A stretch of DNA of 64,000 nucleotides from Macrostomum hystrix (Eukaryota; Animalia; Platyhelminthes), in assembly GCA_950097015.1 (NCBI GenBank), contig CATNEN010000039.1:20920454-20984453 (forward strand). Reading direction: 5' to 3'. A program made the position numbers and the translations under genes. The notes under the pieces were generated by a model. That model saw only the letters and a list, made by a program, of their open reading frames with translations, did no database searches and had not been told where the DNA came from. Positions 1 to 10,609 of the stretch are shown in pieces; within the stretch, counting starts at the first letter, position 1, and each line of letters opens with the position of its first letter.

Positions 1-312
1 GGGGAGAGAGTGTCGGGGGAGAGATAGTCGGGGGAGAGAGTGTCGGGGGAGAGAGTGTCGGGGGAGAGAGTGTCGGGGGAGAGAGAGTCGGGGGAGAGAG
101 AGTCGGGGGAGAGAGTGTCGGGGGAGAGAGTGTCGGGGGAGAGAGTGTCGGGGGAGAGAGAGTCGGGGGAGAGAGAGTCGGGGGAGAGAGTGTCGGGGGA
201 GAGAGTGTCGGGGGAGAGAGTGTCGGGGGAGAGAGAGTCGGGGGAGAGATAGTCGGGGGAGAGAGAGTCGGGGGAGAGAGTGTCGGGGGAGAGAGTGTCG
301 GGGGAGAGAGTC
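1..312 (+). repeat. 15-bp G-rich minisatellite, unit GGGGGAGAGAG(T/A)GTC, ~20 copies, running off the window start
   Basis: The tandem unit is directly visible. The 40..252 'SGERV/SGERE' ORF is a translation of it. Confidence 0.97.
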
Positions 313-1971
313 AGAGGAAAGTGTTGAGGGAGGGAGATAATTTATTGATCAGGACGGGGAGAGAGTAGAGTAAAAGTACGTCGAGAGTGTTGAGAATAGT
401 GTGAAGGGATGAGAGAGATCACGGGAGAAGCTGTTCTCCAGATAGATTCTCATAGGTAACCAAGGCACACGGATCTCCAATTAGGGACCAAAAAACCATG
501 GAGAGAGTTGCTGTATTCCCAAACAGACTTGACTGAGCCTCCTCAAGTCGCGCAGAGTGATCTGACGCCGCAGTCGTCTCAACTGCTCCGTCGGAGCCGA
601 CGATTCCGTGACTAAACTGGCAGCTTCCGTCAAATTCTTGTTGGAGCCGGTCGTCAGCGATCTCGTCAATAGTTTCTCTTCCTCCGAAGACGGCATTGAA
701 GCTGGCGGAGGCGGGGCCGAGCGAGTGGCGACCGTCTCGGTCTGTTGTCTATGGCCGAACTCGGTCAATGGCCAGTCGCAGCGAGCGCTGCCAAGCAGCA
801 GCCGCTGAGCCATTCGGGTATCTGTTTGGCTGGCTCGGCCTAACTGTCTTAATTATCTAAATTTTAGTTTGTTCACCTGAGGGTGCAATTTAGCTCCTGT
901 CCAATAGCAAACGAGTGGACAGTTTCAGATTTCAGACTATAGGGAATTCTCTTTTGCAGCCCTTTTGCAAAGAAGTCTAAAGAACTCTCTTGTGATCTGT
1001 ATCGTTTTCTGTCTGAGCTAGGTAAGAGACGTGTTATTGTAGAACAGGTAAAAAGTGCCAAAATCTCAAAATCGCAATATTTTTAGGTCGATATTCGTTA
1101 TTGCCCTATCACCGCAGCTCATAGCTTTCATTAGCAAAGACGAAAACTGGACACACAGACGCCTATCGTGAACACAATGCGCCAAAGTCGCTCACCACAA
1201 GCCGTCTCTGGTCCTTTAGCGACACTCGACGTTGACTCGACTTTCGTGTCAAAGTCAGACCAGGCACTGAGGAGCTTCGGACTAGCTGCTGCTGCTGCAG
1301 CTCTGAAGATGTCGACGAATAGGCGGTCCCCACCAAAGCAGTCTGATCCCGTCGCAGTCGCAGAGGCTGCAATCGGTCGTCGGCCTCGACGTTAGTTTCT
1401 TCAACCGATGCGTCGTCCACATCGTTAAGCTCTTCCGTGTCTTGAAGCTTCCTGTCCATTCCGTGCTCTTAGCTTACAAGCCTACAGCAGTTGTGTTAGA
1501 CCCAGAACTGCTGCTGCAGCTGCTGCTGTTGCTACTAAAACTGAGAGCACCTCACGTCTTCATCTTTATTTTAGTTTCAGTCTCTTTCTATTTTTCTATT
1601 GCTCTCTTTTCTCTGAACTCAATAATCTTGTCAACGCATAGACTAGCTGACAGTTGGGTGAAAATTTTCTATTTAATATTATATTGTACCCACTCGACTA
1701 GAGTAGAGAAGACTCAGTCAGATTGCTCTTTTTTATTCTTCAGCAACTCTGACCATGCAGCATGAGGCGCTGTGAGTCCAGTACTCTCTTTGTTCAGGTG
1801 GGGGTGCTTAGCATGGAAAAAAACAAGAAAAGGAAACGAAAATTACCGTAATAGAAATTAGGCTTTAACCGTCGCAGTCTTGGCGGTTGCAGTGTCAAGT
1901 CGCAATTTCGGTTTGCTCATGATACCTGACCGTTCATAATGATTAGTTAGAAGCTGGTTCATAATTTCGGA

Positions 1972-2008
1972 CAGTAGCTTTGAAGTCCTGAAGAATCTCA
2001 GTCCAGTA
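1972..2008 (-). repeat. Isolated inverted copy of the 32-bp satellite monomer
   Basis: The reverse complement reads TACTGGACTGAGATTCTTCAGGACTTCAAAGCTACTG, one mismatch from the array consensus. Confidence 0.85.
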
Positions 2009-2514
2009 TTTTTTGGGAAAATAAGAATAGTACTTTAAGTTGAACTGAGTGGAGAGGGGTTGGCGAACGACAACAAGAGTGGGTTGGGGTGCGCGACTGG
2101 GGTAAGAGAGAGGCTAGAGGGTTAGAGGCGGACCAATCAGAAGGCGGGGTGAGGGCATGAGGTAGAGAAGCAGAGAGATTTAGAGAAGACAATTAAGAAG
2201 TGGCGACGAGAGTACACTCGCTGCAAATAAATGTTCGACTAAGTCGCTTAAAGTGCATATAATTCGCTGTAGTTTCGCATCAGGCTATATCAACATATCA
2301 ATATCTATCGCACAAATTATAACAGCAGGACGAATTTCTAATTTAGCTCTTGAACAAGCCATACTGAAAGCTAGAAAAATGTTCAAAAGTCGGTCTTTTC
2401 TTTCGGTCTATTCTGTTGGAAATTGAATTTACTTACCAACTGTGATTAGAAATACATATTAATTTATAAATTTAGCCCTGAACTTGCCCATTATGGGAAG
2501 AAATGCATTGACAA

Positions 2515-2575
2515 AGAAATTCTTCAGGACTGGGAATACAATGGACTGAGATTCCTCAGGTTTGTAAAGACACAG
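2515..2575 (+). repeat. Degenerate ~2 copies of the 32-bp satellite monomer
   Basis: GAAATTCTTCAGGACTGGGAATACAATGGACTGAGATTCCTCAGG aligns to the consensus. Confidence 0.7.
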
Positions 2576-3473
2576 GAATAAAAGTCTTTAAGATAATATG
2601 ATTTAGGTTAAATAATATATTACATCCGGGTTAGGTCGAATACATGTAATACATTATATACTAAAATTCAATAGTATCTAGGCTGTAACAACTGCCGCAG
2701 CCAAGACTGCAACTGACGGCAGCTACCAGTTTCGGCGAACGACCCTGAGGTCGTTCATCGCTGGGCTGGGGTGCATATCTGTTTCTGGATTTTCACCCAT
2801 CCACCCCCGAAGAGCTGCGAGTCCTACAAGACACTACAAGCTACTACAAGACAATTTGCCGTTCGCACCTCAAGAGAAGGCTGCAGTACTTGAAAAATCA
2901 AAGGAAATTTTGATTTGCTGACTGTTGCTTCCATCAAAATTCTTCCAATTCTGCTGAGACTTGTGAAAAGAGGAGGGGAATGCACGAATTCAGTGAAATG
3001 GTTTTAATTGCTAAATCAGAGCATGAAATGCTGACACAGAGTGCCAAGCCCACTGAGTCTGTAACTGATGCGGCCATGAAACTGGCGCAGATGAAGTGCG
3101 ATGAAATTCTGTTCGCTGAAGATTGCCCTGATGATGTGAAGGCTGCCGTGTACCAGAGTGCAATGAAAAGCCTGCTGGTCAGACGCAAGCAGGTAGTGAA
3201 ACGAAAATGTTGAAAGTGGAGATAACTGGTAGAAACTTGGAGGAAAATATTCTACAGCAAACTTCTGATGATGCTGATAGAGTTCCCAATGAGCCGTCTC
3301 CAATCAATGGATTCGGCTGTGAGGCTGCGTGGAAGGGGGTGAGTGTCGCTGCCTCTTGACTTACTTGACTTAGCGGCAGGGGGCCTCCATGACGGACGCA
3401 GCGAGGAGGCGGCTGGTGCCGCCCATATCGCTAACCCCTGGCAGCCAGACGGCCTCCAGCGAGGCGGTGCCGC

Positions 3474-6400
3474 TCAGGGTGGTCCGTCGGTCGGTTCCGC
3501 CGCTCGATCTTCCTCGCCATAGGCTGGGAAGAAATCAGCTCGGCCGGTATCCCGGAGGAAGTGGGCGAGCTGTGGGATGTTCTCGGGCGAGCAGGCCTCG
3601 GCAAGAGTCGGTGCCGGCCCGAGATGCTTTAGCCTAGCCCGGGTGAAGGCCGGGCAGTGGCAGATGAAATGTTCGGCGTTTTCACGTCCGGAGCAGCAGA
3701 AGGGACACGTTTCCTCAGGCACGTGGCCTTGGAGGTAGCGGTGTCTGGTGAAGCAGCCATGTCCCGAAAGGGCCATGGTGACTGCTCTCAGGTCTCTGCG
3801 GTTTAGCCTGAGTAAGGCCTTACGCAGGTTACTAGAGGGGGTTGGCACCGCAGCCCTGGACTGGCGACAGTTCAGGGTGCTGGACCACCTCCTCCGATGC
3901 TGGGTCTCCATCCAGCGGTTGATGCTGGAGTTGACAACAGAGGCGGGGATCGGGGATTCCGGGCCCGGGCCCATCAGGGAGCTGGCTGCTCCAGCCTTTG
4001 CAAGCTGGTCCGCCATCTCATTCCCTGTGAACCCGGCATGCCCAGGGATCCACATCAGCTCCACCTTATTAGACTGCGCCAACCCGTTTAACTGGGTGTT
4101 GCAGTCCAAGGTGGTTCTGGAGCGAGAGGTGCAGCGGCTGAGGGCCTTGAGGGCTGCTTGACTGTCGGAGTGAAAAAAGATCCTCCGACCAGCCAGCTGC
4201 CTCTGGCGCAGCTCAGCCGCACAGAAGCTGATGGCGAGCACTTCGTTTTGGAAAACGCTAGAGCTCTTGCCACAGTATTGGGAGTGGGTCCAGAGGACCT
4301 CACCACCCGAGGCGACGCACACTCCGAATCCCGATTTACCGTTCATCAGAGAGCCGTCAGTGTAACAGTGGACTGCCGGGTCATCCCAGCAGTCCTTTAC
4401 CTCGTTACGAGGGGAGATGCTGACTTTGTACCTGTGGCTCCGGAGTAAAGTGGCCGGGGCCCCGTCCGAAAGGATGGTGAGCCCTCCGCACTCGCCCAGA
4501 GTTTTCAGGCAGAGGTCAGAGTGAGGCAGAAGGGAGCGCTTCGAGAAGGCTCGCGAATTCTGGAAGTAGACACCCGCATCAAGAAGACGACGGGTGGACT
4601 TTGCTGCTTCCCCCTTGACGAAAATGTCAATGGGTGTAGCGTTGAGGAAAGCATTCATGCCTTCGAAGGGAGTGGAGGGTGGGGCGCCCAGCGTCATACG
4701 ACAGGCTCTGCCCTGCACCCTATAAAGCGCCTCCAGGTTTTTCTGGATGCCCATGGCGCTGGCCCAGATGAGGCCAGCGTAAGCGACGGACGGTCTAATG
4801 ATCGCCGTGTAAATCCACCAAAGGTTCTTGGGGGTTAGCCCCCAGGTGGTGCCCACGGCACGCCTGACTTGCGCCAGTATGGCCAGGGCCCTCTTGGCCT
4901 TTGTGGTGATGTGTGGGGTCCAGTTAAGCCTATGGTCTAGCACGAGACCAAGGCACCGGACCTGCTTTTCCATGGCAATATTCTTGCCATAGAGAGTCAG
5001 AGGCTTAATGGTCCAGAGCAGTTTGCTGGTAAACATAACCGCGACGGTCTTGGACTCAGAGAGTCGGAGCCCGCATTGGTCCGCCCAGCGCACCGCCCTG
5101 TTGATAAAGCCCTGAATGAGGTCCCTGGTGGTTTCCGCCGAGGGGCCCGCGCAGATGGCGGTCACATCGTCGGCATATCCCACCTTCAGGACTGGGTCTG
5201 GACGAGTGCTTTTCAGCAGCTCATCCATGACGAGATTCCACAGCAGTGGGGTGAGGACGCCGCCTTGGGGCCCTCCTTTTAGGACAGGTGCCGAGAGCAC
5301 CCTGCCTTCGAGGTGGGCCACCACGTGGCGATTCCGGATCATGTACATGACCCAGCGAACGAGGTGGGGGTGAGTGGCCCTGGAAACCAGGGCCTTCTCA
5401 AAGGCTTCGAAAACCACGTTATCGAAGGCCCCCTCAATATCAAGGAAGACAGCCAGGGCAAAACCGCTGCCCAGTACTGCCTTCTCTAGAGTCTCCACGA
5501 TGCAGTGGAGGGCGCTCTCCGTGGACCGGCCAGCCCGAAAGGCGTGCTGGTTTGGCGAGAGCGGGGCCCGCCCTAGCTCTACAGTAAGAAGGCGCCAGAG
5601 CACCAGTCTTTCCATGAGCTTGAGGCAGGTGGAAGTCAAACTTATCGGGCGATAAGACTTGACCGAGCGATAGTCGCCTTTGGCGGGCTTCGGGATGAAG
5701 ACGACCCGGGCTTCGTGCCACAGCGCTGGTACATAGCCCAGCACGATGCAGGCCCGTAGAAGTCTGCAGAGGAGATGGAGGAAGCGGCCATTTTTGACCG
5801 CTTCATGCAAAAAGGCCGGATAAATACCATCTGGCCCAGGTGCTTTGAAAGGGTTGAATGACTTTGCCGCGCGAACGATGCGGTCATTCGTGACGAGTGA
5901 CTGAGCCAGGCCCTGACCTCCACGTGAGTGGTCGTCTGGGCCAAAGTGCGCCGGTACACTCGGGAAGAAATGCCCTAGCATAAGCTCGAGCGTTTCCTCC
6001 GGACGCTCCGTGATCGAGCCGTCTGGCTTTTTGATCGATGAGAGCTTGGAGAAGCGGTCGTTGGTGAGCGCCTTTACCACGCGGGCCGTGGGCCGCGAGC
6101 CCTCAAGCCCTTCGCAGTATTGTCGCCATTTGTCCGCTTTTGCCCTTCTGACCCGGCCCTTAAACTCATGGATGGCGCGAGTATAGGCCTCTTTGTCATC
6201 AGGGTCGTGCGAGGTTTTCAGCTTCCTCTGGAGAGCCTTAGCTCGGCGTCTCAGGACTCCGAGCTCGGGGTTCCACCAGGGGGCCGATTTTTTGCCTTTG
6301 TAGGCTTTGAGCGGGCAAGCCATTTCGTAGGCCTCTGTGATGGCGCCGCCCAGCAGGGCAGCCACTCCATCTAGGTCCTGCGTGGTTGCCATGGCCATGG

Positions 6401-7178
6401 AGGGGTCGGAATCCCGAAGGCCCTCATGCAGCTTTTGGCTGAACGCGGGCCAGTCGGTGTTTCTGACATTACGCCTCCAAATAGGCTTTTGCTTCTTATC
6501 GGGGGTACCGATGTTGAAGCGAATGAAACGATGGTCCGAGAGCGAGCTTTCGGTCTCCCATACCTCCCACCCCAGCACCCTTGGGAGGATGCCGGGTGAG
6601 GCCAGGGTGACGTCAAGCACCTCAGCCCACCGCCCATTGTCGAAAGTGGGCGTGTTGCCCACATTACAGAAGTTGAGAGGCGTGCCGCTGACGTAGGCCA
6701 GGAGCTCTTCGCCGCGGTCATTGATTTTTGAGCTACCCCAGTGGGTGTGATGCGAGTTTGCATCTCCCGCGAGGAGCAGCTCGAAGTTACGTGCCCTGGC
6801 GAAATCACAGAGGGCGACGAGGGTATCGCTGACCACGGGGGCGTCGCCTGCCAGGTAGGCGGATGCCACGAGGGTCAACTTGTTAGGCACAATGTGTGCA
6901 GATTGGATGACGCAGATGTCCCCGTTAGAGAGATCGGGTCTCATCCACGCATTTAAGGCTTTTGTGGCATAGATCAGTGATCTAGGGCGGACAGAGTCTG
7001 CCATGCAAAAGCAGTCATAGCCAGCAGGAATGTTGCTTGGCTTGTTCTTTGATAACCAGGGCTCCTGCACAAGTACAAGGCCCGGCATCATGCGCTCTGT
7101 CGTGCGCATCAGATTTACTGATGCTGCCACGCAGTGCTGGGTGTTAACTTGCAGACATGATATTCCGGGGATCATCAT
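3474..7178 (-). CDS. ORF2 polyprotein: APE endonuclease, reverse transcriptase, RNase H, C-terminal CCHC zinc knuckle (1234 aa)
   Basis: Endonuclease motifs LQVN, VQEPW, GDANSHH, PTF, LDVT, SDH. RT motifs [37 protein letters not shown]. RNase H motifs [33 protein letters not shown]. Zinc knuckle [14 protein letters not shown]. No stops or frameshifts. Confidence 0.97.
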   Translation of the reverse strand: MMIPGISCLQVNTQHCVAASVNLMRTTERMMPGLVLVQEPWLSKNKPSNIPAGYDCFCMADSVRPRSLIYATKALNAWMRPDLSNGDICVIQSAHIVPNKLTLVASAYLAGDAPVVSDTLVALCDFARARNFELLLAGDANSHHTHWGSSKINDRGEELLAYVSGTPLNFCNVGNTPTFDNGRWAEVLDVTLASPGILPRVLGWEVWETESSLSDHRFIRFNIGTPDKKQKPIWRRNVRNTDWPAFSQKLHEGLRDSDPSMAMATTQDLDGVAALLGGAITEAYEMACPLKAYKGKKSAPWWNPELGVLRRRAKALQRKLKTSHDPDDKEAYTRAIHEFKGRVRRAKADKWRQYCEGLEGSRPTARVVKALTNDRFSKLSSIKKPDGSITERPEETLELMLGHFFPSVPAHFGPDDHSRGGQGLAQSLVTNDRIVRAAKSFNPFKAPGPDGIYPAFLHEAVKNGRFLHLLCRLLRACIVLGYVPALWHEARVVFIPKPAKGDYRSVKSYRPISLTSTCLKLMERLVLWRLLTVELGRAPLSPNQHAFRAGRSTESALHCIVETLEKAVLGSGFALAVFLDIEGAFDNVVFEAFEKALVSRATHPHLVRWVMYMIRNRHVVAHLEGRVLSAPVLKGGPQGGVLTPLLWNLVMDELLKSTRPDPVLKVGYADDVTAICAGPSAETTRDLIQGFINRAVRWADQCGLRLSESKTVAVMFTSKLLWTIKPLTLYGKNIAMEKQVRCLGLVLDHRLNWTPHITTKAKRALAILAQVRRAVGTTWGLTPKNLWWIYTAIIRPSVAYAGLIWASAMGIQKNLEALYRVQGRACRMTLGAPPSTPFEGMNAFLNATPIDIFVKGEAAKSTRRLLDAGVYFQNSRAFSKRSLLPHSDLCLKTLGECGGLTILSDGAPATLLRSHRYKVSISPRNEVKDCWDDPAVHCYTDGSLMNGKSGFGVCVASGGEVLWTHSQYCGKSSSVFQNEVLAISFCAAELRQRQLAGRRIFFHSDSQAALKALSRCTSRSRTTLDCNTQLNGLAQSNKVELMWIPGHAGFTGNEMADQLAKAGAASSLMGPGPESPIPASVVNSSINRWMETQHRRRWSSTLNCRQSRAAVPTPSSNLRKALLRLNRRDLRAVTMALSGHGCFTRHRYLQGHVPEETCPFCCSGRENAEHFICHCPAFTRARLKHLGPAPTLAEACSPENIPQLAHFLRDTGRADFFPAYGEEDRAAEPTDGPP

Positions 7179-7190
7179 GCAGGCAGAGGT

Positions 7191-8735
7191 CTACTTGGAG
7201 GGGGACTCAGCCAGAAGGCGGTCCTCCTCCTCCAGGTCGATGTCGGTAGCCATGGGCTCCTCCGTGCCCAGGCCCCGAGCCAGAGGCGGGAACTCGACGG
7301 GGTCAGCCGCCCAGTCCCCACCCCCGGCCCCGAGCCCAGGCCCAGAGTCGCCCTCAACCGGAGCCGACACCGCTCCCTGGGCCGTGGGAGGGGCGCTCGA
7401 AGGGCCCTGCTCGATGGAGCTGGGCACCTTAGAGGCCTCCCCCGTAGCCCTTGGTTGCGGCGCCTGCCCCGGTGGGCCACCGCGCATCTCAGCGCGCAGC
7501 TGGGCCATCTTGGCGGTTCGCACCACCTCGGAGGCCCGCTGGAGAAGGCCCTTGCGCTTTGTGATGCGCGCGGGGCGACGCTCAGAGCTGCCAGCGATGG
7601 CACGCTCTGGCCTTTTTTGGCGAGGCGACTGGGCCCTGCCCCCAGTCCCAGCCTTGGGGTCCGAGGACCCTTCATTGGCCGACACGGTGGTGGGCCCGGT
7701 CTGACCCCGGGTTTTGTCGGCATCGTAGGCGAAGATTTTGGTCTTCCACAGACCGATGCAGACGTTTGCGCCATCTGGGTAACGGCGTGTCCATTGCTCG
7801 GACAGGCCCAGAATGGCGGTGAAGCCGGTGCCGTCGGGGCGCAGGATCGTGCGGTGCACGATTAGGCCCGCTGTCGGAAGCTCCCGGTTCATCGCGATGA
7901 GGCCCATGCGGAGGTCCTCAGCGCTAGTAACGACGCTTTTCGCCGGGACGAAAATGCGATGTCTTTTTGTCTGCGGCGGCTCGTTCTCCCGGAGGAAAAC
8001 GAGGTCGGCCGCCCAGATCTGCGTGGGCAGCAGCTCCAGGAGCCGCCGCCCTGACTCCGCATCTCCGGGCCAGACAACAAAAAACGAGTCCCTGGTAGCA
8101 CTCGCACCGACCGCCAGGGGCTCGCCTTTCAGTTGTAGTTGCCACAGCATAGCGTCTATGCTGCGGCAGATGTCGCTGAGCCGCTCGCCGCTCAGCCGCT
8201 TGCCATCCTTGCCCGCGACCACGATGGCAGGTTGCCTGCGCGCGATGGTGGCGTAGGTGGCCCGTGGTCCCGGGCCCTTTCCTGCCGCGTCCCCACTCTC
8301 GGGATTTGCGTCGGCGGTGGGCACGGGGCCCTCCGCCTCCACTCCTCCTTCAAGCCGAGCCGCCGGCCGGATGGGCGCCGGGACCTCCTTGGCCCGCGAC
8401 CCTGGCCTCGGGGCGTCGTGGGCCCCGCCCTGGGCAGGGGCCTGGGCAGGAGGCACGGGGCCCCCCACCCTAGCCCCCGCCCTAGGCAGAGCCCCTTCGG
8501 CCCCTTTGGCCTGGGCCCGGTCCACGGTCGACGAAGCTGGCTTGCCTTGGGCCAGCAGGCGCCTACGGCGTTTCGCCGCTCCAGATGTCGTGGAGCGCTT
8601 TGTGCTCCGATCGCCGCGCGAGATGGGCATCGCGGCATTTGTGGCGGTCGCAGGGGCAGGCCCGGGCGCCGCAGCGTTTGTGACCTTGGGCACCGTGGTG
8701 CCCTCGGCCGTAGTAGAAGGTTGGCTGGAAGCCAT
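7191..8735 (-). CDS. ORF1 nucleic-acid-binding/gag-like protein (514 aa), DUF4780-like core flanked by Pro/Ala/Gly-rich disordered regions
   Basis: Long ORF ending 12 nt upstream of ORF2. The basic motif SGAAKRRRRLLAQG and the block IWAADLVFLRENEPP..RIFVP..AMNRELPTAGL resemble LOA/Lian ORF1. The family assignment is recalled, not searched. Confidence 0.85.
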   Translation of the reverse strand: MASSQPSTTAEGTTVPKVTNAAAPGPAPATATNAAMPISRGDRSTKRSTTSGAAKRRRRLLAQGKPASSTVDRAQAKGAEGALPRAGARVGGPVPPAQAPAQGGAHDAPRPGSRAKEVPAPIRPAARLEGGVEAEGPVPTADANPESGDAAGKGPGPRATYATIARRQPAIVVAGKDGKRLSGERLSDICRSIDAMLWQLQLKGEPLAVGASATRDSFFVVWPGDAESGRRLLELLPTQIWAADLVFLRENEPPQTKRHRIFVPAKSVVTSAEDLRMGLIAMNRELPTAGLIVHRTILRPDGTGFTAILGLSEQWTRRYPDGANVCIGLWKTKIFAYDADKTRGQTGPTTVSANEGSSDPKAGTGGRAQSPRQKRPERAIAGSSERRPARITKRKGLLQRASEVVRTAKMAQLRAEMRGGPPGQAPQPRATGEASKVPSSIEQGPSSAPPTAQGAVSAPVEGDSGPGLGAGGGDWAADPVEFPPLARGLGTEEPMATDIDLEEEDRLLAESPSK

Positions 8736-8966
8736 TGCAGCTGCAAAGAGAAAATGGGGCTTCCTGTAGACACAGGCAGGAATAACCCGCTCAGCCGCGA
8801 TCCCAAAGCTGAGCGGGGGCAGCCAAAAAAGACAAGTTACAACCCGGGGTGGGATGCCAGGACCACCGGGAGGAACCGTAGGAGGCCAGACTACTCCCTG
8901 GTCAAGCGTCCATCAGCACGGTCAACACTGGGACATTAGAGGGCGCTATTTGGCCAGCGCCGAGGC

Positions 8967-9232
8967 CTGCGGACTGGCCGCATACCCTGTTAAGGTCAAA
9001 GGGTGACACCTTTCCCTCAGAGCCGTAGCCAGAGGTACCTGATCACGCACAGGTGCACGAACGCTGCGGACTGGCCGCATACCCTGTTTAGGTCAAAGGG
9101 TGACACCTTTCCCTCGGAGCCGTAGCCAGAGGTACCTGATCACGCACAGGTGCACGAACGCTGCGGACTCGCCGCATACCCTGTTAAGGTCAAAGGGTGA
9201 CACCTTTCCCTCCAGCCGGGGCTAGAGGTACC
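8967..9232 (-). repeat. 97-bp tandem repeat (~2.7 copies) in the LINE 5' UTR
   Basis: Units starting CTGCGGACT(G/C)GCCGCATACCCTG at 8967, 9064 and 9161. Confidence 0.93.
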
Positions 9233-9274
9233 CAGTTAGGCCGGAGGCCCTGGATGGGTCATCCAGCGCTGTTG

Positions 9275-9502
9275 CCCATTCTGTCCGGCTGCCCTAGGGT
9301 CAGCCTTGAACACTCGCGGGACGTGTACCCATGGGTCAGCTGACGGGACAACGTGGAGAGGATTCCTGCACCCGGAGGCACAGGGCTCCATTCCTGCCAA
9401 GCCTGCTCAAAAAACGACTGCAGGTGTGAGGCATCGCAGACCTTAGCCCGTAGGCCTGGTCTGACTCATACCCCACAGGCATTGTGTCCCGCCGGTGCGA
9501 GC
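9275..9502 (-). ncRNA. Predicted HDV-like self-cleaving ribozyme at the LINE 5' end
   Basis: Minus strand fold: P1 GCUCGC/GCGAGU (G.U at +1), P2 CCCAU/AUGGG, P3 GGG/CCC, L3 UACACGU, P1.1 AC/GU, P4 GGCUG..CAGCC, J4/2 CAGA with the catalytic C at 9283. The long J1/2 is closed by GGCGGGACA/UGUCCCGUC. Confidence 0.8.
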
Positions 9503-10174
9503 TGTCGCTGCCTCACTTTCCAATGGTCGCTGGTTCGTTCCTCCCTCCAAGTCACGATTATTTCGGGGCTTAGTTGGAGGTTTGCGAAGTAGTGACTTGC
9601 GGAGATGCACCTTATTCTGTGCAACCAAAGCTAATTTAAATTGCTTAACCCCTGCCTTCTGCATGCCTGCTTGTTTGTGTTTGTGTTTGTGCGTTGGGCA
9701 CCACCCCACACCCCCCCGATTCCAGCCGCGAGTTAGGCGTCGGCCTAGTCATTATTTTCCATACTAGGCCACCGCACAGGTATATGGCTTAATCTAGTAA
9801 TCTAGTTGTCCCTGATTAGGCTTAACAAGAACAGAAGAAAAACAATGACAACTCGACTGCAGAATTGAAAAGACTGCCAAAAGCAGTGTCTGCAGCACAA
9901 GAGCTCAAGTTGTGGCATCACAAGCAGCATCAGCGATCGAAATTAATACCCGAGCTTCAACCCAGAGGGTCACCATCTGGTTGGCGGAGTGGACATAAGA
10001 CTGAATGGAGGCAGGGGCGGCAAGCTTCCTCTAAGGAAGCGGGCCCTCAGCATGGCTAATGTGAACTACCGGCTCGTCTGGCCCCCGAGTGCTCATAGAG
10101 CAGATGTGGCAACACACAGTCACCAGCTGCTCTACCCAACAGGCCAACTGAGCATCTGTGGTGCAAAGAGCTAC

Positions 10175-10609
10175 CAGGGGTCGGCAAACTCCGGCCCGCG
10201 GGCCAGATGCGGCCCTCGAAGCTCCCAAATCCGGCCCGTTGCCCCTTCTGACATCTACAGTGTCCTGTTTCATCTCTCTCGTGTCTAATCTCTCCTGTGT
10301 CTCATCTCTCCTGCGTCTCATCGCTCTCGTGTCTAATCTCTCATGTGTCTCATCTTTCCTGCGTCTCATCGCTCTCGTGTCTAATCTCTCCCGTGTCTCA
10401 TCGCTCTCGTGTCTAATCTCTCCCGTGTCTCATCGCTCTCGTGTCTTATCTCTCCCGTGTCTTATCTCTCCCGTGTCTTATCTCTGCTGCGTCTCATCTC
10501 TCCCGTGTCTCATCTCTCCCCTATCTCATATTTATACAGTCAATGCGGCCCGCTGTCGTCTTTTAGGTTCTCTCTTTGGCCCGCCAGAAAATAAGTTTGC
10601 CTACCCCTG
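10175..10609. mobile_element. Non-autonomous hAT (Charlie-like) MITE, 435 bp
   Basis: TIRs CAGGGGTCGGCAAACT / AGTTTGCCTACCCCTG (1 mismatch in 16). Subterminal CGGCCCGCGGGCC motifs typical of Charlie-type ends. Flanking AGCTAC duplication at 10169-10174 and 10610-10615. Confidence 0.85.
10265..10530 (+). repeat. Pyrimidine-rich degenerate ~16-17-bp minisatellite (TGTCTCATCTCTCCCG-like) inside the MITE
   Basis: Degenerate tandem units are directly visible. Confidence 0.9.

Larger units (their letters stand above)
3356..9502 (-). mobile_element. Full-length non-LTR retrotransposon, LOA/Lian-like clade (I group), 6147 bp
   Basis: 12-bp TSD TGTCGCTGCCTC at 3344-3355 and 9503-9514. Two intact ORFs. 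The 3' end is a short tandem tail (TAAGTCAAG)2. ORF2 carries RNase H and ORF1 has a DUF4780-like region, the combination typical of LOA-clade elements. Confidence 0.93.

Noticed and set aside
481-1459. Minus-strand ORFs 481-813 and 1163-1459 as a host gene
   Set aside because: They look somewhat coding-like, but I found no recognisable domain and could not build a consistent splice model.
3389-8939. Many overlapping plus-strand and alternate-frame ORFs across the LINE
   Set aside because: These are shadow ORFs of GC-rich coding sequence with no motifs.
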